From Laetmonice hystrix (Eukaryota), in the NCBI GenBank assembly GCA_965235115.1, contig OZ249436.1, positions 24,864,001 through 24,928,000 on the forward strand: DNA of 64,000 nucleotides, in the 5' to 3' direction. Under the pieces are notes generated by a model that worked only from the letters and a program-made list of their open reading frames with translations, did not search any database and had not been told where the DNA came from. This document shows, piece by piece, positions 1 through 10,700 of the stretch. Both the position numbers and the translations under genes were made by a program. Positions within the stretch are counted from its first letter, which is position 1. The number at the start of each line of letters is the position of its first letter.

Positions 1-10
1 TTTTTCAATA

Positions 11-857
11 TGCGTTAACATTTGTAACCAGCTCAACGCGCCTTGTAAAATTTTTCAAAGTGCGTAAAAGTGTGTGTCCACCCCGACACGCTTTCCAAAC
101 CACTATACCCACCGAGCGACATCCACTCAAATACAGGCTTCGACCGATCCTCACTGTGCCAATAATCCGCCACAAGGCAAATTCAGTCAATGCAAGCTGG
201 AAAATCGAATGTCAAACCTAATACTCCCCCCCCCAGCACGTTAACTGAAAATAATCAACTAGCTTGAAAACTAGAATATAGCTTTGTTTAGCTAACAATC
301 TACTCTCCCAGCGCCATCAACTCGCATACAGGCGTAAAAGCAAACGCACTGCCCCATATAATGCTCCCAGCCTAAAACGATGTTGCAATTAATTTAAAAT
401 TAACAAGATGCACTAGTAATCCGATCCAAGCTTAATTACGTCATTGCTAGTTTCATAACCAAATCTCACAGAAAATACCCCACCCGGGCACATAACCTGA
501 AAATATTCAACTTTTATCTCCAATGTATCCCTGTGCACCTAGTAGCACCCAAGCGGGCCCAATTTTGACATTCCAACACAAATACCGCAAATACCCGCCT
601 AATGGCACAAAAAACTTTCTACCCCGTTGCAAGTCACATTAGCTTGCTGCTTGTCGTAAAAAATGGTGCAGACCATTTCTAAAGTCACAGTACCCCACTC
701 CCGGCCTAATATTACGTTTCAGTATCCATATACGCTGCAAGCGGCAGGAACTCGAATACAGGCCTAAAAGTAACCCCAGTCTAGCAATATCATACTCTCA
801 TGCCATATACGAGCTTGTAATTATCTTTAATTAATGGGCTCCGCAGCACCAACCCAC
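11..857. repeat. Half 1 of the monomer (~847 bp), paralogous to half 2
   Basis: Begins TGCGTTAACATTTG and ends AACCCAC. Colinear with 858-1764 through shared blocks CACTATACCCACC, ATGTCAAACCTAA, TAGCTTGAAAACTAGAATATAGCTTTG, GCTCCCAGCCTAAAACGA, TTAACAAGATGCACTA, ATAACCAAATCTCA, TGTCGTAAAAA and AAAGTCACAG. Confidence 0.95.
226..234. repeat. Variable poly-C tract (C8-C12 across units)
   Basis: C9 in U1 and U3, C11 in U2, C8 in U12, C10 in U16, C12 in U14, U15 and U27. It is the main source of unit-length variation. Confidence 0.9.
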
Positions 858-1764
858 TGCATTAACATTTGTTTAACAGCTTAACGCACCTTGTAAAAAA
901 ATTTTCAAGTGCGTAAAAATGCGTGTCCACCTCCACATACTTTAAAAATCACTATACCCACCCAGCGACATTCACTCTAATACACGCCTAAGAGGAACTT
1001 CACTGTCCCATTTGATTCTCCAGCACGTATAGGATGTTTCAAGTAACATTTATCCACGGTCTGGCCCAATAACGTGCAACAAGGCATAGTAAGTCAATGC
1101 GAGCTCGCATGTCAAACCTAACCCGCCCCCCAGCACATGAGCTGAAAATATTCAAATAGCTTGAAAACTAGAATATAGCTTTGCTTAATACCATTATACC
1201 ATCAACTCGCATTACAGGCCTAATGCGAAGCTCCCAGCCTAAAACGAGTTTCCAATTAATTTAAAGTTAACAAGATGCACTAATAATCGATTCCAAGCCT
1301 AATTAGGCCATTGCTAGTTGGATAACCAAATCTCATACAAAATACACCCTCCCGGCAGATGACCTGAGAATATTCAACTCTTATGTCCGATATATCCCTG
1401 TCCGCTTAGTAGCACCCAGCCGGGCCCCCATTTTGACATTGCAACACCAATACAGCAAGTGCCCAGCTAACAGCACAAATAACAGGATTCAGGGCTTCCT
1501 ACCACGTTACAAGTCACAATAGATTGCTGCCTGTCGTAAAAATATACCAGACCATTTTAAAAAGTCACAGAACCCCAATCCGGCCCTAATATGTCACTCC
1601 CAGTACCAATACACGCTGGAAGCACCATCAACTGAAATTCAGGCCTAGAACCCACCTCTCTCTACCAATATCATGCACCTAGTCCGTATACGAGGTTGTA
1701 ATTTACTTTAATCAACGGGCTGCGCCGCAGCAACCCACTCTGGTCTTTGCAATCTTTTTCAATA
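858..1764. repeat. Half 2 of the monomer (~907 bp), diverged paralogue of half 1
   Basis: Begins TGCATTAACATTTG and has the same order of conserved blocks as half 1. Roughly 75-80% identical by eye over the first 150 bp. Carries extra segments at 1011-1068 and 1739-1764. Confidence 0.95.
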
Positions 1765-4700
1765 TGCGTTAACATTTGTAACCAGCTCAACGCGCCTTGT
1801 AAAATTTTTCAAAGTGCGTAAAAGTGTGTGTCCATCCCGACACGCTTTCCAAACCACTATACCCACCGAGCGACATCCACTCAAATACAGGCTTCGACCG
1901 ATCCTCACTGTGCCAATAATCCGCCACAAGGCAAATTCAGTCAATGCAAGCTGGAAAATCGAATGTCAAACCTAATGCTCCCCCCCCCCCAGCACGTTAA
2001 CTGAAAATAATCAACTAGCTTGAAAACTAGAATATAGCTTTGTTAAGCTAACAATCTACTCTCCAAGCGCCATCAACTCGCATACAGGCGTAAAAGCAAA
2101 CGCACTGCCCCATATAATGCTTCCAGCCTAAAACGATGTTGCAATTAATTTAAAATTAACAAGATGCACTAGTAATCCGATCCAAGCCTAATTACGTCAT
2201 TGCTAGTTTCATAACCAAATCTCACAGAAAATACCCCACCCGCGCACATAACCTGAAAATATTCAACTTTTATCTCCAATGTATCCCTGTGCACCTAGTA
2301 GCACCCAAGCGGGCCCAATTTTGACATTCCAACACAAATACCGCAAATACCCGCCTAATGGCACAAAAAACTTTCTACCCCGTTGCAAGTCACATTAGCT
2401 TGCTGCTTGTCGTAAAAAATGGTGCAGACCATTTCTAAAGTCACAGTACCCCACTCCCGGCCTAATATTACGTTTCAGTATCCATATACGCTGCAAGCGG
2501 CAGGAACTCGAATACAGGCCTAAAAGTAACCCCAGTCTAGCAATATCATACTCTCATGCCATATACGAGCTTGTAATTATCTTTAATTAATGGGCTCCGC
2601 AGCACCAACCCACTGCATTAACATTTGTTTAACAGCTTAACGCACCTTGTAAAAAATTTTCAAGTGCGTAAAAATGCGTGTCCACCTCCACATAGTTTAA
2701 AAATCACTATACCCACCCAGCGACATTCACTCTAATACACGCCTAAGAGGAACTTCACTGTCCCATTTGATTCTCCAGCACGTATAGGATGTTTCAAGTA
2801 ACATTTATCCACGGTCTGGCCCAATAACGTGCAACAAAGCATAGTAAGTCAATGCGACCTCGCATGTCAAACCTAACCCGCCCCCCAGCACATGAGCTGG
2901 AGATATTCAAATAGCTTGAAAACTAGAATATAGCTTTGCTTAATACCATTATACCATCAACTCGCATTACAGGCCTAATGCGAAGCTCCCAGCCTAAAAC
3001 GAGTTTCCAATTAATTTAAAGTTAACAAGATGCACTAATAATCGATTCCAAGCCTAATTAGGCCATTGCTAGTTGGATAACCAAATCTCATACAAAATAC
3101 ACCCTCCCGGCAGATGACCTGGGAATATTCAACTCTTATGTCCGATATATCCCTGTCCGCTTAGTAGCACCCAGCCGGGCCCCCATTTTGACATTGCAAC
3201 ACCAATACAGCAAGTGCCCAGCTAACAGCACAAATAACAGGATTCAGGGCTTCCTACCACGTTACAAGTCACAATAGATTGCTGCCTGTCGTAAAAATAT
3301 ACCAGACCATTTTAAAAAGTCACAGAACCCCAATCCGGCCCTAATATGTCACTCCCAGTACCAATAGACGCTGGAAGCACCATCAACTGAAATTCAGGCC
3401 TAGAACCCACCTCTCTCTACCAATATCATGCACCTAGTCCGTATACGAGGTTGTAATTTACTTTAATCAACGGGCTGCGCCGCAGCAACCCACTCTGGTC
3501 TTTGCAATCTTTTTCAATATGCGTTAACATTTGTGACCAGCTCAACGCGCCTTGTAAAATTTTTGGAAGTGCGTAAAAGTGTCTGTCCACCCCGACACGC
3601 TTTCCAAACCACTATACCCACCGAGCGACATCCACTCAAATACAGGCTTCGACCGATCCTCACTGTGCCAATAATCCGCCACAAGGCAAATTCAGTCAAT
3701 GCAAGCTGGAAAATCGAATGTCAAACCTAATGCTCCCCCCCCCAGCACGTTAACTGAAAAAAATCAACTAGCTTGAAAACTAGAATATAGCTTTGTTTAG
3801 CTAACAATCTACTCTCCCAGCGCCATCAACTCGCATACAGGCGTAAAAGCAAACGCACTGCCCCATATAATGCTCCCAGCCTAAGACGATGTTGCAATTA
3901 ATTTAAGATTAACAAGATGCACTAGTAATCCGATCCAAGCCTAATTACGTCATTGCTAGTTTCATAACCAAATCTCACAGAAAATACCCCACCCGCGCAC
4001 ATAACCTGAAAATATTTAACTTTTATCTCCAATGTATCCCTGTGCACCTAGTAGCACACAAGCGGGCCCAATTTTGACATCCCAACACAAATACCGCAAA
4101 TACCCGCCTAATGGCACAAAAAACTTTCTACCCCGTTGCAAGTCACATTAGCGTGCTGCTTGTCGTAAAAAATGGTGCAGACCATTTCTAAAGTCACAGT
4201 ACCCCACTCCCGGCCTAATATTACGTTTCAGTATCCATATACGCTGCAAGCGGCAGGAACTCGAATACAGGCCTAAAAGTAACCTCAGTCTAGCAATATC
4301 ATACTCCCATGCCATATACGAGCTTGTAATTATCTTTAATTAATGGGCTCCGCAGCACCAACCCACTGCATTAACATTTGTTTAACAGCTTAACGCACCT
4401 TGTAAAAATTTTTCAAGTGCGTAAAAATGCGTGTCCACCTCCACATACTTTAAAAATCACTATACCCACCCAGCGACATCCACTCTAATACACGCCTAAA
4501 AGGAACTTCACTGTCCCATTTGATTCTCCAGCACGTATAGGATGTTTCAAGTAACATTCATCCACGGTCTGGCCCAATAACGTGCAGCAAGGCATAGTAA
4601 GTCAATGCGAGCTCGCATGTCAAACCTAACCCGCCCCCAAGCACATGAGCTGAAAATATTCAAATAGCTTGAAAACTAGAATATAGCTTTGCTTAATACC

Positions 4701-7700
4701 ATTATACCATCAACTCGCATTACAGGCCTAATGCGAAGCTCCCAGCCTAAAACGAGTTTCCAATTAATTTAAAGTTAACAAGATGCACTAATAATCGATT
4801 CCAAGCCTAATTAGGCCATTGCTAGTTGGATAACCAAATCTCATACAAAATACACCCTCCCGGCAGATGACCTGAGAATATTCAACTCTTATGTCCGATA
4901 TATCCCTGTCCGCTTTGTAGCACCCAGCCGGGCCCCCATTTTGACATTGCAACACCAATACAGCAAGTGCCCAGCTAACAGCACAAATAACAGGATTCAG
5001 GGCTTCCTACCACGTTACAAGTCACAATAGATTGCTGCCTGTCGTAAAAATATACCAGACCATTTTAAAAAGTCACAGAACCCCAATCCGGCCCTAATAT
5101 GTCACTCCCAGTACCAATACACTCTGGAAGCACCATCAACTGAAATTCAGGCCTAGAACCCACCTCTCTCTACCAATATCATGCACCTAGTCCGTATACG
5201 AGGTTGTAATTTACTTTAATCAACGGGCTGCGCCGCAGCAACCCACTCTGGTCTTTGCAATCTTTTTCAATATGCGTTAACATTTGTAACCAGCTCAACG
5301 CGCCTTGTAAAATTTTTCAAAGTGCGTAAAAGTGTGTGTCCACCCCGACACGCTTTCCAAACCACTATACCCACCGAGCGACATCCACTCAAATACAGGC
5401 TTCGACCGATCCTCACTGTGCCAATAATCCGCCACAAGGCAAATTCAGTCAATGCAAGCTGGAAAATCGAATGTCAAACCTAATACTCCCCCCCCCAGCA
5501 CGTTAACTGAAAATAATCAACTAGCTTGAAAACTAGAATATAGCTTTGTTTAGCTAACAATCTACTCTCCCAGCGCCATCAACTCGCATACAGGCGTAAA
5601 AGCAAACGCACTGCCCCATATAATGCTCCCAGCCTAAAACGATGTTGCAATTAATTTAAAATTAACAAGATGCACTAGTAATCCGATCCAAGCTTAATTA
5701 CGTCATTGCTAGTTTCATAACCAAATCTCACAGAAAATACCCCACCCGGGCACATAACCTGAAAATATTCAACTTTTATCTCCAATGTATCCCTGTGCAC
5801 CTAGTAGCACCCAAGCGGGCCCAATTTTGACATTCCAACACAAATACCGCAAATACCCGCCTAATGGCACAAAAAACTTTCTACCCCGTTGCAAGTCACA
5901 TTAGCTTGCTGCTTGTCGTAAAAAATGGTGCAGACCATTTCTAAAGTCACAGTACCCCACTCCCGGCCTAATATTACGTTTCAGTATCCATATACGCTGC
6001 AAGCGGCAGGAACTCGAATACAGGCCTAAAAGTAACCCCAGTCTAGCAATATCATACTCTCATGCCATATACGAGCTTGTAATTATCTTTAATTAATGGG
6101 CTCCGCAGCACCAACCCACTGCATTAACATTTGTTTAACAGCTTAACGCACCTTGTAAAAAAATTTTCAAGTGCGTAAAAATGCGTGTCCACCTCCACAT
6201 ACTTTAAAAATCACTATACCCACCCAGCGACATTCACTCTAATACACGCCTAAGAGGAACTTCACTGTCCCATTTGATTCTCCAGCACGTATAGGATGTT
6301 TCAAGTAACATTTATCCACGGTCTGGCCCAATAACGTGCAACAAGGCATAGTAAGTCAATGCGAGCTCGCATGTCAAACCTAACCCGCCCCCCAGCACAT
6401 GAGCTGAAAATATTCAAATAGCTTGAAAACTAGAATATAGCTTTGCTTAATACCATTATACCATCAACTCGCATTACAGGCCTAATGCGAAGCTCCCAGC
6501 CTAAAACGAGTTTCCAATTAATTTAAAGTTAACAAGATGCACTAATAATCGATTCCAAGCCTAATTAGGCCATTGCTAGTTGGATAACCAAATCTCATAC
6601 AAAATACACCCTCCCGGCAGATGACCTGAGAATATTCAACTCTTATGTCCGATATATCCCTGTCCGCTTAGTAGCACCCAGCCGGGCCCCCATTTTGACA
6701 TTGCAACACCAATACAGCAAGTGCCCAGCTAACAGCACAAATAACAGGATTCAGGGCTTCCTACCACGTTACAAGTCACAATAGATTGCTGCCTGTCGTA
6801 AAAATATACCAGACCATTTTAAAAAGTCACAGAACCCCAATCCGGCCCTAATATGTCACTCCCAGTACCAATACACGCTGGAAGCACCATCAACTGAAAT
6901 TCAGGCCTAGAACCCACCTCTCTCTACCAATATCATGCACCTAGTCCGTATACGAGGTTGTAATTTACTTTAATCAACGGGCTGCGCCGCAGCAACCCAC
7001 TCTGGTCTTTGCAATCTTTTTCAATATGCGTTAACATTTGTAACCAGCTCAACGCGCCTTGTAAAATTTTTCAAAGTGCGTAAAAGTGTGTGTCCATCCC
7101 GACACGCTTTCCAAACCACTATACCCACCGAGCGACATCCACTCAAATACAGGCTTCGACCGATCCTCACTGTGCCAATAATCCGCCACAAGGCAAATTC
7201 AGTCAATGCAAGCTGGAAAATCGAATGTCAAACCTAATGCTCCCCCCCCCCCAGCACGTTAACTGAAAATAATCAACTAGCTTGAAAACTAGAATATAGC
7301 TTTGTTAAGCTAACAATCTACTCTCCAAGCGCCATCAACTCGCATACAGGCGTAAAAGCAAACGCACTGCCCCATATAATGCTTCCAGCCTAAAACGATG
7401 TTGCAATTAATTTAAAATTAACAAGATGCACTAGTAATCCGATCCAAGCCTAATTACGTCATTGCTAGTTTCATAACCAAATCTCACAGAAAATACCCCA
7501 CCCGCGCACATAACCTGAAAATATTCAACTTTTATCTCCAATGTATCCCTGTGCACCTAGTAGCACCCAAGCGGGCCCAATTTTGACATTCCAACACAAA
7601 TACCGCAAATACCCGCCTAATGGCACAAAAAACTTTCTACCCCGTTGCAAGTCACATTAGCTTGCTGCTTGTCGTAAAAAATGGTGCAGACCATTTCTAA

Positions 7701-10700
7701 AGTCACAGTACCCCACTCCCGGCCTAATATTACGTTTCAGTATCCATATACGCTGCAAGCGGCAGGAACTCGAATACAGGCCTAAAAGTAACCCCAGTCT
7801 AGCAATATCATACTCTCATGCCATATACGAGCTTGTAATTATCTTTAATTAATGGGCTCCGCAGCACCAACCCACTGCATTAACATTTGTTTAACAGCTT
7901 AACGCACCTTGTAAAAAATTTTCAAGTGCGTAAAAATGCGTGTCCACCTCCACATAGTTTAAAAATCACTATACCCACCCAGCGACATTCACTCTAATAC
8001 ACGCCTAAGAGGAACTTCACTGTCCCATTTGATTCTCCAGCACGTATAGGATGTTTCAAGTAACATTTATCCACGGTCTGGCCCAATAACGTGCAACAAA
8101 GCATAGTAAGTCAATGCGACCTCGCATGTCAAACCTAACCCGCCCCCCAGCACATGAGCTGGAGATATTCAAATAGCTTGAAAACTAGAATATAGCTTTG
8201 CTTAATACCATTATACCATCAACTCGCATTACAGGCCTAATGCGAAGCTCCCAGCCTAAAACGAGTTTCCAATTAATTTAAAGTTAACAAGATGCACTAA
8301 TAATCGATTCCAAGCCTAATTAGGCCATTGCTAGTTGGATAACCAAATCTCATACAAAATACACCCTCCCGGCAGATGACCTGGGAATATTCAACTCTTA
8401 TGTCCGATATATCCCTGTCCGCTTAGTAGCACCCAGCCGGGCCCCCATTTTGACATTGCAACACCAATACAGCAAGTGCCCAGCTAACAGCACAAATAAC
8501 AGGATTCAGGGCTTCCTACCACGTTACAAGTCACAATAGATTGCTGCCTGTCGTAAAAATATACCAGACCATTTTAAAAAGTCACAGAACCCCAATCCGG
8601 CCCTAATATGTCACTCCCAGTACCAATAGACGCTGGAAGCACCATCAACTGAAATTCAGGCCTAGAACCCACCTCTCTCTACCAATATCATGCACCTAGT
8701 CCGTATACGAGGTTGTAATTTACTTTAATCAACGGGCTGCGCCGCAGCAACCCACTCTGGTCTTTGCAATCTTTTTCAATATGCGTTAACATTTGTGACC
8801 AGCTCAACGCGCCTTGTAAAATTTTTGGAAGTGCGTAAAAGTGTCTGTCCACCCCGACACGCTTTCCAAACCACTATACCCACCGAGCGACATCCACTCA
8901 AATACAGGCTTCGACCGATCCTCACTGTGCCAATAATCCGCCACAAGGCAAATTCAGTCAATGCAAGCTGGAAAATCGAATGTCAAACCTAATGCTCCCC
9001 CCCCCAGCACGTTAACTGAAAAAAATCAACTAGCTTGAAAACTAGAATATAGCTTTGTTTAGCTAACAATCTACTCTCCCAGCGCCATCAACTCGCATAC
9101 AGGCGTAAAAGCAAACGCACTGCCCCATATAATGCTCCCAGCCTAAGACGATGTTGCAATTAATTTAAGATTAACAAGATGCACTAGTAATCCGATCCAA
9201 GCCTAATTACGTCATTGCTAGTTTCATAACCAAATCTCACAGAAAATACCCCACCCGCGCACATAACCTGAAAATATTTAACTTTTATCTCCAATGTATC
9301 CCTGTGCACCTAGTAGCACACAAGCGGGCCCAATTTTGACATCCCAACACAAATACCGCAAATACCCGCCTAATGGCACAAAAAACTTTCTACCCCGTTG
9401 CAAGTCACATTAGCGTGCTGCTTGTCGTAAAAAATGGTGCAGACCATTTCTAAAGTCACAGTACCCCACTCCCGGCCTAATATTACGTTTCAGTATCCAT
9501 ATACGCTGCAAGCGGCAGGAACTCGAATACAGGCCTAAAAGTAACCTCAGTCTAGCAATATCATACTCCCATGCCATATACGAGCTTGTAATTATCTTTA
9601 ATTAATGGGCTCCGCAGCACCAACCCACTGCATTAACATTTGTTTAACAGCTTAACGCACCTTGTAAAAATTTTTCAAGTGCGTAAAAATGCGTGTCCAC
9701 CTCCACATACTTTAAAAATCACTATACCCACCCAGCGACATCCACTCTAATACACGCCTAAAAGGAACTTCACTGTCCCATTTGATTCTCCAGCACGTAT
9801 AGGATGTTTCAAGTAACATTCATCCACGGTCTGGCCCAATAACGTGCAGCAAGGCATAGTAAGTCAATGCGAGCTCGCATGTCAAACCTAACCCGCCCCC
9901 AAGCACATGAGCTGAAAATATTCAAATAGCTTGAAAACTAGAATATAGCTTTGCTTAATACCATTATACCATCAACTCGCATTACAGGCCTAATGCGAAG
10001 CTCCCAGCCTAAAACGAGTTTCCAAATAATTTAAAGTTAACAAGATGCACTAATAATCGATTCCAAGCCTAATTAGGCCATTGCTAGTTGGATAACCAAA
10101 TCTCATACAAAATACACCCTCCCGGCAGATGACCTGAGAATATTTAACTCTTATGTCCGATATATCCCTGTCTGCTTAGTAGCACCCAGCCGGGCCCCCA
10201 TTTTGACATTGCAACACCAATACAGCAAGTGCCCAGCTAACAGCACAAATAACAGGATTCAGGGCTTCCTACCACGTTACAAGTCACAATAGATTGCTGC
10301 CTGTCGTAAAAATATACCAGACCATTTTAAAAAGTCACAGAACCCCAATCCGGCCCTAATATGTCACTCCCAGTACCAATACACGCTGGAAGCACCATCA
10401 ACTGAAATTCAGGCCTAGAACCCACCTCTCTCTACCAATATCATGCACCTAGTCCGTATACGAGGTTGTAATTTACTTTAATCAACGGGCTGCGCCGCAG
10501 CAACCCACTCTGGTCTTTGCAATCTTTTTCAATATGCGTTAACATTTGTAACCAGCTCAACGCGCCTTGTAAAATTTTTCAAAGTGCGTAAAAGTGTGTG
10601 TCCATCCCGACACGCTTTCCAAACCACTATACCCACCGAGCGACATCCACTCAAATACAGGCTTCGACCGATCCTCACTGTGCCAATAATCCGCCACAAG

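Larger units (their letters stand above)
1..1754. repeat. Representative satellite monomer U1 (phase arbitrary)
   Basis: Near-identical to 1755-3509 and to all later units; differences are SNPs and homopolymer-length changes only. Confidence 0.98.
1..10524. repeat. 3-monomer higher-order repeat (A-B-C, 5,262-bp period), two copies
   Basis: U1-U3 and U4-U6 share SNP haplotypes and unit lengths (1754/1755/1753). The first difference I see is 4764 T vs 10026 A, in the tail of the third monomer. Confidence 0.9.

Noticed and set aside
5..190. 61-aa minus-strand ORF (MTEFALWRII...) repeated in most units
   Set aside because: It has a TTG start and no recognisable domain. It is frameshifted by a 1-bp deletion in U14, U15 and U29, and it is not preserved in the paralogous half. 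Recurrence simply reflects the DNA repeat.
226..234. G-quadruplex on the minus strand
   Set aside because: It is a single G8-G12 run, usually without four closely spaced G3 tracts, and its length varies freely between units.
1..1754. Canonical CENP-B box (NTTCGNNNNANNCGGGN)
   Set aside because: The CCCG-containing sites I checked lack the correctly spaced CGAA. Only partial TTGGAA-like words occur.
1..1764. Transposon origin (LTR pair, MITE or Helitron)
   Set aside because: No terminal inverted repeats, PBS/PPT, target-site duplications or coding remnants were recognised. The two halves abut directly. A remote origin cannot be excluded without a Dfam or Repbase search.
3558..3567. Sm-site-like AATTTTTGGA
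   Set aside because: It is present in only four left-domain units as a 2-bp variant, with no surrounding snRNA structure recognised.
3533..3730. 65-aa plus-strand ORF (MTSSTRLVKF...)
   Set aside because: It exists only where a GTA/GTG SNP creates a non-ATG start. It overlaps the minus-strand ORF and has no coding hallmarks.
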